This document shows, piece by piece, positions 1-8,594 of a stretch of DNA of 37,191 bases. The translations under genes were made by a program, and so were the position numbers. This DNA comes from Faecousia sp. (GTDB lineage: Bacteria; Bacillota; Clostridia; Oscillospirales; Oscillospiraceae): assembly GCA_045601865.1 (NCBI GenBank), contig JAZSAK010000029.1:1-37191 (forward strand). Direction: 5' to 3'. The notes below the pieces were generated by a model that was not told the DNA's origin, made no database searches, and worked only from the letters and a program-made list of their open reading frames with translations. Positions within the stretch are counted from its first letter, which is position 1. Each line of letters opens with the position of its first letter.

Positions 1-2037
1 AGCTGCCTGCTTGCCATCCATGACTGCTTTCATAATCGCACGCAGGGCGACCTCGGTTTTTCCAAAACCCACATCACCGCAAAGCAAGCGGTCCATGGGA
101 ATGGGCGATTCCATATCGCCCTTGATTTCTGCGATGCAGCGCAGCTGGTCGTCTGTCTCCGGATATGGGAAATTATCCTCAAATTCTTTTTGCCAAGGTG
201 CGTCTGCAGCAAAGGCATAGCCCTCTTGACGCTTGCTGGCAGCATAGAGCTGTATCAGCTCGCTGGCCATATCCTTGGCGGCTTTCCTTGCTTTTGCCTT
301 TGTTTTTTGCCAGGCATCCGAGCCGATTTTGCTTAGACGCACAGCGGCATCCTCACCGCCGCCAATATATTTGCTTACGATATCCAGTTGTGTTGCCGGC
401 ACAAATAAAGTGTCGCTGCCTTGGTAGGCAATCTTGATGTAGTCCTTCACAGCACCGTCCACTTTGATTTGCTCCATGGCAATAAAGCGACCAATACCGT
501 AGTGCTCATGCACCACTAAATCGCCGGGAGTCAAGTCGGTAAAGGAGTTAAGCTTTTGCCGGTTTGTTGTGCTCTTCTTCGCCTTTCTTTTGGGCGCAGC
601 TTTTGTAATTAATTGCCCCTCGGTTAAAATGGCAAGCTTGGAATTGGGGTATTCCATGCCGACGGGAAGTATCCCTTCGGTCAAAAGAATTTGACCGGGC
701 TTGGGTATGGCGGTGAGAGGAATGCATAAAAGGGCAGAAAGCCCTTTTTCACTTAACAATTCCTGCAATATCTCTGCTCTGCGACGCGTTCCGCAAAGCA
801 CTAAAGCGGCGAACTCCATTTTTTGATAATGGGCAAGGTCGGTGACGGCAGCGTCCAGGTTGCCACCATAACCAGGAAGTTGCTTGGCGGTCATAGGGTA
901 GAGCTGTTTCGGGGGACACTCCTCTGGGTAGGAAGTGGCAGCAAAGGTGTCCAAATAAACGAGATTACGGTTGCTTATTTGGTGAAGGAAATCCTCCCAC
1001 TGGCACACATAGTCACATAGCTCGCCGGCTAAAAGTCCAGCCTGCAGCATGCTGTCCAGCTGCATGCCAACTTCCTCTGTACGGCTTCTTGCTGTCCGTT
1101 TCAAACTACCGTGATCACAAAGTATAACGGTCGCATTTGCAGGGATATAGTCTGCAGCAGTGGAAGCCTCTGGATAAATCAATGACATATACCGGTCAGA
1201 TGCCGGATTCTGAATGCCATTTTCGTATTTTTCCAAATCCTTTTCTAAGGTCTTTACTAATGGCTCATTGATATTTTTGCGACGCTTTTGGCGGGCAATC
1301 AGCGCCTTTAAATCCTCCTGAAGTCCGCTAAGACCCTGCGGATGCAGCCGAGGCTGTGTTTCACTAACCGGTAGGATAACAACACGATCCACATTTTCCG
1401 TTCGGCGTTGTGTATCCGTATTAAAATACCCCATAGTATCCAATTCATCGCCAAAAAATTCTGCACGACAAGGAGATTCGCAAACAGGAGAAAATACATC
1501 CAGAATTCCACCGCGAACGGAGAACTGACCAGGTCCTTCAACCATTGCACAACGGCTGTAGCCCGCTGCTGTCAAGCGACGAACAAGGGTTTCCATAGGA
1601 TATTCCTTACCGACCTCCATAGTGAAGACGGCAGTCTCCAAAGTTTTTGGGGGTATGGTGCGCTGACTCAGCGCTTCCCATGTAATAATTTGGAGTTCTG
1701 TTTTGCCATACATCAAATCGTATAGCTGTTTCAGCCGCTTTTGCTCCCACGCACGGGAAACAACGGCGGCATCATATAGTGTTAGTTCACGACTGGGAAG
1801 GACTGGCGGTGTATCCTCTAAAAAGGCCTTCAATTCTTCTTGAAGCCTTCTGGCGGTCATCTCGTCTTGGCAAATGACAACAACCGGCGCGGAGGTGTCC
1901 TGACGCAAGCCGGCAATCATATGGCTGCGACATATTGGGCTGATTCCGGTTATGGCAATTGATTCCTTTTTGGTAACGGATTCCACCAGGGAATTGTACT
2001 CCGGTATGAATTTTAATATGGAATGTAAATTCTCCAT
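1..2037 (-). CDS. mfd: Transcription-repair coupling factor Mfd (5' part; runs off the window start)
   Basis: Absent from the ORF track because its stop lies outside the window. ATG at 2037 follows a GGAGGA RBS and reads MENLHSILKFIPEY.... It contains the CarD-like RID segment (GDLVVHEHYGIGRF), YPETDDQLRCIAEIKGDM and the Walker A CGDVGFGKTEVALRA. It sits in the conserved position after pth. Confidence 0.95.
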   Translation of the reverse strand, partial: MENLHSILKFIPEYNSLVESVTKKESIAITGISPICRSHMIAGLRQDTSAPVVVICQDEMTARRLQEELKAFLEDTPPVLPSRELTLYDAAVVSRAWEQKRLKQLYDLMYGKTELQIITWEALSQRTIPPKTLETAVFTMEVGKEYPMETLVRRLTAAGYSRCAMVEGPGQFSVRGGILDVFSPVCESPCRAEFFGDELDTMGYFNTDTQRRTENVDRVVILPVSETQPRLHPQGLSGLQEDLKALIARQKRRKNINEPLVKTLEKDLEKYENGIQNPASDRYMSLIYPEASTAADYIPANATVILCDHGSLKRTARSRTEEVGMQLDSMLQAGLLAGELCDYVCQWEDFLHQISNRNLVYLDTFAATSYPEECPPKQLYPMTAKQLPGYGGNLDAAVTDLAHYQKMEFAALVLCGTRRRAEILQELLSEKGLSALLCIPLTAIPKPGQILLTEGILPVGMEYPNSKLAILTEGQLITKAAPKRKAKKSTTNRQKLNSFTDLTPGDLVVHEHYGIGRFIAMEQIKVDGAVKDYIKIAYQGSDTLFVPATQLDIVSKYIGGGEDAAVRLSKIGSDAWQKTKAKARKAAKDMASELIQLYAASKRQEGYAFAADAPWQKEFEDNFPYPETDDQLRCIAEIKGDMESPIPMDRLLCGDVGFGKTEVALRAIMKAVMDGKQAA

Positions 2038-2106
2038 TACTTTTCCTCCACGCAACAATGCGGAAAGGGGGAATAGGACCCCCTTTCCGTGGTGATTTGA
2101 CAATAT

Positions 2107-2700
2107 TTACGGCCGTGAGCCGTTATAGCGGTTTGCTGCTTCCGGAACGCCTTTCTCCACAATACACAGGGCGGCATCTGCGGCACGGTCCAGTGCAGGA
2201 CAAAGGGCTTTTTCTTCATTGGCAGTAAAGGCGGATAATACCCAGTCTGCTAAATCCTGTGAGGGATTCGTTTTTGCACCGACTCCGATTTTAACACGGG
2301 GAAAGTCCTGACTTCCCAATTCGGCGATGATGGATTTGATACCGTTATGACCGCCGGCTGAGCCATCGCTGCGGATACGTAAACGGCCCGGTTCCAGTGA
2401 GATATCGTCAAACAAAACGACAATCCTCTGTGGTGGGATATGGAAATAGGCACTTAGCTGCAAAACAGACTTGCCGGATAAATTCATATACGTTAAAGGT
2501 TTTAGAAGCAATAACTTCACGCCGTTGTAAGTGATTTGCCCGTATAGGCCTTGAAATTTGCTTTTTTCAATCTTGCAGCCTAATTTCTGTGCCAAAATAT
2601 CTATGGCGCGGAAACCGCAGTTGTGACGGGTGTTTTCATATTCCCGGCCGGGATTCCCCAGCCCCACAATCAGCCATGTGTCAATTTTCTTACCAAACAC
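2107..2700 (-). CDS. pth: Peptidyl-tRNA hydrolase
   Basis: Motifs LIVGLGNPG, TRHNCGF, KPLTYMNLSG and GGHNGIKS; GTG start. Confidence 0.97.
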   Translation of the reverse strand: MFGKKIDTWLIVGLGNPGREYENTRHNCGFRAIDILAQKLGCKIEKSKFQGLYGQITYNGVKLLLLKPLTYMNLSGKSVLQLSAYFHIPPQRIVVLFDDISLEPGRLRIRSDGSAGGHNGIKSIIAELGSQDFPRVKIGVGAKTNPSQDLADWVLSAFTANEEKALCPALDRAADAALCIVEKGVPEAANRYNGSRP

Positions 2701-2703
2701 GGC

Positions 2704-3669
2704 TTAGAACAGGTCGGCGATGGAAGTACCGCCGTGGACGTGGGAAATGGCGCGGGCAAAAATGGGGGCGACATCCAAGAACTTAATTTTGCCGCTGGCA
2801 GTGTTGGCAACCTGGGGAATGGTGTTCAAGAATACCATTTCCGTAATGGGGCTTTTTTCAATGCGCTCGTAAGCGGGGCCGGACAGAACGCCATGGGTAG
2901 CGCAAGCGTACACAGCCTTTGCACCGCCTACATCCACCAGAGCCTGTGCCGCATTGCACAAAGAACCAGCGGTATCCACCATGTCGTCGAACAAAATGCA
3001 GGTCTTGCCCTTAACATCGCCAATAACGTTCATAACCTCGCATACGTTAGCCTTTTGGCGGCGCTTATCTACAATGGCCAAGCCCATATGCACTTTTGCA
3101 GCAAAGGTACGGGCACGGGCAACAGATCCAACGTCAGGAGAAACAACCACAAAATCTTCGTGGTTATACTTGTCCTCGGGGAATTTATCCAAATAGTATT
3201 TTACAAAGGTTGGATTGCCTAATAAATGGTCTACGGGGATGTCAAAGAAGCCTTGAATCTGGGCAGCGTGCAGATCCATGGTCAGCACACGATTTGCGCC
3301 AGCAGCGGCAATCATGTTAGCCACCAGCTTGGCGGAGATGGGGTCACGACTTTTAGCCTTGCGGTCTTGACGGGCATAACCAAAATAGGGGATAACAGCT
3401 GTGACACGACCGGCGGAAGCACGACGGCAGGCATCAATCATAATCAGCAGCTCCATCAAGCTGTCGTTGACAGGCTTGCAGGTGGACTGGATTAGAAACA
3501 CGTCAGCACCGCGAACAGTCTCGTTTAGAGAAACAGAGACTTCACCATCGGCGAAGGTTTTAACATCTCCATCGCCCAACGCAATTCCAAGCTCCTTGCA
3601 GATAGTTTTTGCAAACTCGGGATTGGAGTTGCCGCAGAAAACCTTAATATTCTCTCCGTAAGCAATCAT
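2704..3669 (-). CDS. prs: Ribose-phosphate pyrophosphokinase
   Basis: Motifs FADGE, PYFGYARQDRK, DLHAAQIQGFF, SPDVG and DDMVDTAGS. Confidence 0.97.
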   Translation of the reverse strand: MIAYGENIKVFCGNSNPEFAKTICKELGIALGDGDVKTFADGEVSVSLNETVRGADVFLIQSTCKPVNDSLMELLIMIDACRRASAGRVTAVIPYFGYARQDRKAKSRDPISAKLVANMIAAAGANRVLTMDLHAAQIQGFFDIPVDHLLGNPTFVKYYLDKFPEDKYNHEDFVVVSPDVGSVARARTFAAKVHMGLAIVDKRRQKANVCEVMNVIGDVKGKTCILFDDMVDTAGSLCNAAQALVDVGGAKAVYACATHGVLSGPAYERIEKSPITEMVFLNTIPQVANTASGKIKFLDVAPIFARAISHVHGGTSIADLF

Positions 3670-3729
3670 TAGAACAACCTCACTTATATTCTTTTCTATA
3701 ATTTCACCATATTGGCATATTCCGAAATT

Positions 3730-3759
3730 ATTATATCATCCATACTATGGAAAATGCAA
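3730..3759 (-). promoter_or_regulatory. Putative sigmaA promoter of prs-pth-mfd
   Basis: Minus strand TTGCAT (3759-3754), 18-bp spacer, TATAAT (3735-3730). Confidence 0.5.
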
Positions 3760-3829
3760 CACCGAACATCAGAAAATAACCACGAAAAAAGCAAGAAAAA
3801 ACGGTCCGCTTTCGGTAAAACTGGCGACT

Positions 3830-3866
3830 AAATAGAAAACTCCCTCCGAAAGACATTCGGAGGGAG
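3830..3866 (-). terminator. Intrinsic terminator after the MFS transporter
   Basis: 11-bp stem CTCCCTCCGAA/TTCGGAGGGAG followed by TTTTCTATTT on the minus strand. Confidence 0.8.
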
Positions 3867-3879
3867 CAATATTGTGAGA

Positions 3880-5343
3880 TTAATGCGCCTTACGGGAAGC
3901 CAATTCCGTGTTCATTTTTGCCAGAGTCTTCTTGTCAAGGTTGTAAACAAGGCCCAAGCCAATAAAGACGAACAGACCTGCTACAAGGTAGAGAACAGCA
4001 ACGAGGGAACGAATCTGCAGTGCATTTTCCCAAGAAATCAGAGCAACATCAATAATTTCAGCTCCGGTCTCAGGGTCAATGGCGTTGTTGACATATCCCA
4101 TGGTGCCCATGATAGCAACAGCAACAGCGGGACCGACACCCTGTGCCAGCTTACGGAAGAAGGAATGCAGAGAATAGACAACGCCTTCCTCTCGATTGCC
4201 GGTCTTCCACTCGTTGTAGTCGATAGCATCACCCATCATAGCCCAAGATACGGTGGAATAGATGCCCATACCCAATGCGCAAACCAGTTGCGCGACAATG
4301 TAAACAATCAAATCGATTTCGGTGTGACCCTTGCTGACGGGAATCAGACCCAAAGGAGCTGCAAACAGAATCAATGCACCAACAACATAGCAGATGGCAC
4401 CGACCACGGACAGTTCCTTCTTGCCGTACTTGATAACCATCTTCCGAGCAAGAGGGGTAAAGACAACGATGGGTATCATGGCAAACATCTGTACCAGACC
4501 AGAGATTTTGGGATTTTCAAAGTAAATTTGGAAGGTTACATTGATAGCGGTAGTAGCGCCCTGCATGCCAATGAACATACCCATGGCAGCTAAAGTAGCG
4601 CCAACGGCAGGACGGTTCTTCAAAAAGTTGCCCATTGCTTCCCAAACGTTAAATTTAGGTTGATCTTCGTTACACTTCACTTCCTGCTCTACACGGATAG
4701 TGGTGTTTTTAATCATGAACTGGAAGCAGATAAAGCCCAAAATACCCATAATAAATGCAGTCACGAAAACCATGGTGCCGTTTAAGGATTTATCATCATT
4801 GTAAATCAGGAAGGGCAGAATCACCATGGGCAGCATATTGCCCACCATGCCACCTATGGAGCGCCATGCGGATAGAGAAGCGCGGTCACCAGGCTCGCTG
4901 GAGATTAACGACAGCAAAGAGCCATAGGGAACATTGGCGATGGTGTAGAAAGCGTCCCAAACTACATAGCCAGCAATAAAGATGATAAACTTTGCCCATG
5001 TGGGAGCGCTGGGGAAGGGCAGGAAGCAACAAGCACCGCCTATAATCAGGCCGATAGAGCCAATCCAGATATACTGCAAGAACTTGTTGCGTTTGTAAGT
5101 ATGTCTGTCAGCATCCACCATGGAGCCAATCAGAGGGTCGTTAATAGCATCCCAAACCTGCACAATTAACAGCATGATAGAATACCATGCACTCATACCC
5201 ATAACCTGGGTCCAGAATAGAGCCATAGTGCCTTTAAGCGCAAAGCTCATATTGCATCCAAGGTCACCTGCAGCATATGCCACGGAGTCGCGAATGCCGA
5301 ATTTGCGATAGCCTTTTTCGTCTAATTTAACGGGTTTAGACAT
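3880..5343 (-). CDS. Glycoside-pentoside-hexuronide (GPH, MelB-like) cation symporter, MFS
   Basis: Start moved to ATG 5343 (AGGAGG RBS). Motifs YAAGDLG, WDAINDPLIG..D, NVPYGSL, DAIDYNEWKTG.R.EG and FFRKLAQG; about 12 hydrophobic segments. Confidence 0.9.
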   Translation of the reverse strand: MSKPVKLDEKGYRKFGIRDSVAYAAGDLGCNMSFALKGTMALFWTQVMGMSAWYSIMLLIVQVWDAINDPLIGSMVDADRHTYKRNKFLQYIWIGSIGLIIGGACCFLPFPSAPTWAKFIIFIAGYVVWDAFYTIANVPYGSLLSLISSEPGDRASLSAWRSIGGMVGNMLPMVILPFLIYNDDKSLNGTMVFVTAFIMGILGFICFQFMIKNTTIRVEQEVKCNEDQPKFNVWEAMGNFLKNRPAVGATLAAMGMFIGMQGATTAINVTFQIYFENPKISGLVQMFAMIPIVVFTPLARKMVIKYGKKELSVVGAICYVVGALILFAAPLGLIPVSKGHTEIDLIVYIVAQLVCALGMGIYSTVSWAMMGDAIDYNEWKTGNREEGVVYSLHSFFRKLAQGVGPAVAVAIMGTMGYVNNAIDPETGAEIIDVALISWENALQIRSLVAVLYLVAGLFVFIGLGLVYNLDKKTLAKMNTELASRKAH

Positions 5344-5497
5344 AAATAATCCTCCTAAAATCATGTGGGGCCAAGAGCCCACAAATTAAAATTATTATAA
5401 ATCAAAAGAACAAAAAATTATAGAGACAAAACGACGCATATGTGACACCTTGTGCTGATTTAAAATATGTAATTTTTAGGGATATTGCACAAAATGG

Positions 5498-5525
5498 TTG
5501 ATAATTCTGGAGCGATTGGTATAAT
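5498..5525 (+). promoter_or_regulatory. Putative sigmaA promoter of the TetR gene
   Basis: TTGATA, 16-bp spacer, TATAAT, with an extended -10 TG. Confidence 0.5.
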
Positions 5526-5556
5526 ATAGTTAGAAATTTCACTGGAGGCATGCGCA

Positions 5557-6120
5557 ATGTACAAACTATGTAAAACAGAACAATCGGCCATGCGACAGCA
5601 CCGGTTGGAGCAAGGACTATTGCGAGCAATGCAGATAAAACGGTACGAGGATATTACTATTAGCCAACTTTGTGATGATTTGTCAATTCCGAGAAAGTCC
5701 TTTTATCGTTATTTTTCCGGCAAAGACGGTGCACTTGTAGCGTTGTTGGACCATACGCTTATGGAATTTGACCAATCCAATCTGCATCAAAAGGGAAGGG
5801 GAACTGCAACCGGAGAATTGGAACGTTTCTTTGCGTTTTGGCAGGAGCACAGAGAATTATTGACCGCTTTGGAGCGTAGCCATTTACACGGTATGTTGGT
5901 GGAACGTGCTACCTTTCATGCAATCAATGAACGAATGATGCCGATGCACTTGAAAAGCATGTCTATAGAAATTCAGAGCTTAGCACTAAACTTTACTGTA
6001 AGCGGACTACTTGCCATGGTGTTTCAGTGGCATAATAACGGATGCACGCAGACACCCAAAGAAATGGCGAAAGTTGCCACGATGATATTGGGTGCAACAT
6101 TAGTACCAAATGAGAAATAA
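5557..6120 (+). CDS. TetR/AcrR family transcriptional regulator
   Basis: N-terminal HTH YEDITISQLCDDLSIPRKSFYRYFSGKD; GGAGG RBS; divergent from the GPH transporter. Confidence 0.9.
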   Translation: MYKLCKTEQSAMRQHRLEQGLLRAMQIKRYEDITISQLCDDLSIPRKSFYRYFSGKDGALVALLDHTLMEFDQSNLHQKGRGTATGELERFFAFWQEHRELLTALERSHLHGMLVERATFHAINERMMPMHLKSMSIEIQSLALNFTVSGLLAMVFQWHNNGCTQTPKEMAKVATMILGATLVPNEK

Positions 6121-6124
6121 AAAT

Positions 6125-6146
6125 GGGACGCGCTTTGGCGCGTCCC
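6125..6146. terminator. Probable bidirectional terminator between convergent genes
   Basis: Stem GGGACGCGC/GCGCGTCCC flanked by A/T-rich runs. Confidence 0.7.
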
Positions 6147-6151
6147 TAAAT

Positions 6152-6373
6152 TTATTCATTCATTTGACCAATGTACTGAAAACGCGGACCATGATAATTA
6201 TCCTTGTCCACGATCTCGGTCCACATTGTTGCCGGCCGAACCCAGAGCCCTCCGTTACCATAAAGTGCGCGGTATACTACCATTTCCTCCAAGGTCTCCG
6301 AATGCTTTGCAATACCAATTAACTCATATTCACCGCCCTTAAAGTGGCGGTATTTACCGGGCAAAAGTGTCAT
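6152..6373 (-). CDS. DUF1653 domain protein
   Basis: Signature GKYRHFKGGEY...A.HSET.E.MVVYRALYG...WVRP...RF; the ATG at 6373 overlaps the upstream stop (ATGA). Confidence 0.88.
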   Translation of the reverse strand: MTLLPGKYRHFKGGEYELIGIAKHSETLEEMVVYRALYGNGGLWVRPATMWTEIVDKDNYHGPRFQYIGQMNE

Positions 6374-6582
6374 AGCAGTTGCTCCCATGAGGCAGAAAAT
6401 ACCTGCGTTGCGCCCACATGATTGTTTCGGATCAATGCACCGATAATAAATATAATAATCAATACGGCTGCCAGCGCCAAAAATAGATAGGGCAAATAGG
6501 TTTCCTTAATAATTCTAGATTTGGTTTTTCGTATTCTGTTCGGCTTCTTTTGCTGTGTTTCTGCTGTTTGTTGTGTTCCCAT
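6370..6582 (-). CDS. Small single-pass membrane protein, hypothetical
   Basis: AAAGG RBS, basic N-terminus, one TM helix (LPYLFLALAAVLIIIFIIGALI), an upstream promoter, and a stop overlapping the DUF1653 start. Confidence 0.6.
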   Translation of the reverse strand: MGTQQTAETQQKKPNRIRKTKSRIIKETYLPYLFLALAAVLIIIFIIGALIRNNHVGATQVFSASWEQLL

Positions 6583-6608
6583 CTAATTTCTGCCTTTCTT
6601 TTTTCAGT

Positions 6609-6675
6609 AGTATATCCTAAAAATCGACAAAATGCAAGATTGTACATTGCAATTTATTAGGAAGTTTGCTATAAT
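6609..6675. promoter_or_regulatory. Back-to-back divergent sigmaA promoters
   Basis: Minus strand: TTGCAT (6637-6632), 17 bp, TATACT (6614-6609). Plus strand: TTGCAA (6647-6652), 17 bp, TG-C-TATAAT (6670-6675). Confidence 0.65.
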
Positions 6676-6704
6676 CCTTGCATACAAAGGGAGAGGAGAA
6701 CAAT

Positions 6705-7586
6705 ATGGCGAAAAAGAAATTCGGGGATCGTAAGGATGGTATTTGGTTAAAGGATATACCTGCGATGAATCGCATTATGCCGGCACTGATGCCCAATCGT
6801 GCGGACAATGAGGCGTACATTAGCATAGATGTGGATGCCAGACCGCTAAATGCATATTTGGAAAAACTCAATGAAGGACGTACGGAAGATAAGTATACCT
6901 TCTTTCATTTGATTAGCGCCGCTGCGGGTAAGGCGTTTGTATTGCGTCCGAAGATGAACCGCTTTGTTTGCAACAACAAAGTGTATCAGCGCAAGGATAT
7001 CACCGTTGCCTTTACTGTGAAAAAGCGTTTTGATGACCATGCGGAAGAAGCATTGGCGTTTTTTAAGTATGACACAAAGGAAACGCTGGCAAGCTATCAT
7101 GAAAAAATTATGAAGGTCATTCATTCCACCAAAAGCTATGAAGAAAAAGATACGTCTACCGGAGCGATGGATGTGGTAACGAAGCTGCCGCAGTGGATGA
7201 TTACCGCCATTGTAAAATTTGTCCTATGGCTGGATAAGCATGGCTGGGCACCGGAGTTTTTGATTGGCAGCGACCCCAACCATGCGGCGATTTTTCTGAC
7301 CAATCTTGGCTCCATTGGTTTACCGGGCGGGTATCACCATTTGGTGAATTGGGGAACTAATTCCTGCTTCATTGTGGTAGGTAAAAAATACTTAAAGATG
7401 GATTATGACAAGGATGGCAATGAGGATTTGCACGAGGTGATTCCGTTGGGAATTACGTTGGATGAACGCATTGCAGATGGGTATTATTACTCCGGCACAG
7501 TGGCATTGGTAAAGGAACTTTTGGAACACCCGCAATTAATGGAAATGCCTGCAGATACGCCGGTGGAGTACGCCATAAAGCGGTAA
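6705..7586 (+). CDS. Stand-alone 2-oxoacid dehydrogenase E2-like acyltransferase catalytic-domain protein (CAT-like fold)
   Basis: ATG 6705 after GAGGAG. Contains IFLTNLGSIG and ITLDERIADG (canonical E2 motif is DHRxxDG). No lipoyl or E3-binding domain. Confidence 0.8.
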   Translation: MAKKKFGDRKDGIWLKDIPAMNRIMPALMPNRADNEAYISIDVDARPLNAYLEKLNEGRTEDKYTFFHLISAAAGKAFVLRPKMNRFVCNNKVYQRKDITVAFTVKKRFDDHAEEALAFFKYDTKETLASYHEKIMKVIHSTKSYEEKDTSTGAMDVVTKLPQWMITAIVKFVLWLDKHGWAPEFLIGSDPNHAAIFLTNLGSIGLPGGYHHLVNWGTNSCFIVVGKKYLKMDYDKDGNEDLHEVIPLGITLDERIADGYYYSGTVALVKELLEHPQLMEMPADTPVEYAIKR

Positions 7587-7593
7587 GTTTTCC

Positions 7594-7622
7594 TTGACAA
7601 ATACGTTACACAGCCGTATAAT
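7594..7622 (+). promoter_or_regulatory. Consensus sigmaA promoter of tRNA-Ala
   Basis: Perfect TTGACA, 17 bp, TATAAT. Confidence 0.9.
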
Positions 7623-7653
7623 TTTTGTTGCGGTGAACCTCGCCGCAGCATAT

Positions 7654-7729
7654 GGGCCTGTAGCGCAGCTGGGAGCGCATTACATTCGCATTGTAGGGGT
7701 CGGGAGTTCGAATCTCCTCAGGTCCACCA
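7654..7729 (+). tRNA. tRNA-Ala(CGC)
   Basis: Acceptor stem GGGCCTG/CAGGTCC with the G3:U70 Ala identity pair; D-arm GCGC; anticodon arm TTACA-TTCGCAT-TGTAG; T-loop TTCGAAT; discriminator A; encoded CCA; 76 nt. Confidence 0.97.
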
Positions 7730-7730
7730 T

Positions 7731-7760
7731 AAAAAGCCACCTCATAGAGGTGGCTTTTTT
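7731..7760 (+). terminator. Intrinsic terminator after tRNA-Ala
   Basis: AAAAAGCCACCTC-ATA-GAGGTGGCTTTTTT. Confidence 0.9.
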
Positions 7761-7852
7761 GATGCAAATGAATAAATTTAAAAATATGTTATTTTTCGTT
7801 CATATTTTCGCCGTATGCTATGCTAATATTTTCATAGATTGGAAGCGATTAT

Positions 7853-8590
7853 GTGAAAAATTGTATGTGGCTGTATCGTATTATTCGATGGCTTGTTTGG
7901 CTGTTTTACCCCAAAATGGAAGTGGTGGGCAGAGAAAATTTGCCCGATGAGCCTGTCGTTATTGTGGGAAATCATAGTCAGATGAACGGACCGATTGCCT
8001 GTGAATTGTATCCCCCCAGAAAAAGCTATACTTGGTGCGCGGGGCAGATGATGCAATGGGGGGAAGTGGCGGACTATGCCTTTCAGGATTTTTGGTCGCA
8101 AAAACCCAGGTATACTCATTGGTGGTATAAGCTTCTTTCCTACATTATCGTCCCATTTTCTGTTTGCATATTTCGAAATGCCAATGTGATTGGCGTATAT
8201 CACGATGCCAGAATTCTTTCTACCTTCAAAACGACGATAAAGCATTTGCAGGCTGGGGCAGACATCATTATATTTCCGGAGCAGGATGCGCCGTATAATA
8301 CGATTGTATATAAATTTCAAGATAAATTTATTGATGTGGCAAGGCTATATTATAAGCGAACCGGAAGGAATTTAGCGTTTATGCCGATGTATATTGCACC
8401 TAAGCTGAGGAAAATGTATTTGGGCAAACCGATTTATTTTGACCCAACACAACCTATGGAAACGCAAAGAAAAAGGATTAGCACTTATTTAATGGAGCAA
8501 ATAACGGAAATTGCCCATAATTTGCCGGCGCATACGGTTGTGCCGTACCGAAATATACCGAAAAAGCTTTATCCGTCTAATAAGGAGTAA
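7853..8590 (+). CDS. PlsC-like lysophospholipid/glycerol acyltransferase family protein (divergent)
   Basis: GRENLPDEPVVIVGNHS (block I) and IIIFPEQ (block III), plus MYLGKPI. The start is GTG 7853 or ATG 7865. Confidence 0.75.
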   Translation: MKNCMWLYRIIRWLVWLFYPKMEVVGRENLPDEPVVIVGNHSQMNGPIACELYPPRKSYTWCAGQMMQWGEVADYAFQDFWSQKPRYTHWWYKLLSYIIVPFSVCIFRNANVIGVYHDARILSTFKTTIKHLQAGADIIIFPEQDAPYNTIVYKFQDKFIDVARLYYKRTGRNLAFMPMYIAPKLRKMYLGKPIYFDPTQPMETQRKRISTYLMEQITEIAHNLPAHTVVPYRNIPKKLYPSNKE

Positions 8591-8594
8591 TGCT

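Noticed and set aside
3874-4593. 239-aa plus-strand ORF inside the GPH transporter, and similar ORFs such as 2623-3222
   Set aside because: These are antisense shadows; the Asn/Gln/His-rich composition is what hydrophobic codons give on the reverse strand.
5422-5448. Possible TetR operator GAGACA...TGTGAC between the transporter and tetR
   Set aside because: The inverted repeat is too imperfect to support a call.
7594-7950. 118-aa ORF starting at TTG 7594
   Set aside because: Its start codon is part of the -35 hexamer, and it runs through the tRNA-Ala gene and its terminator.
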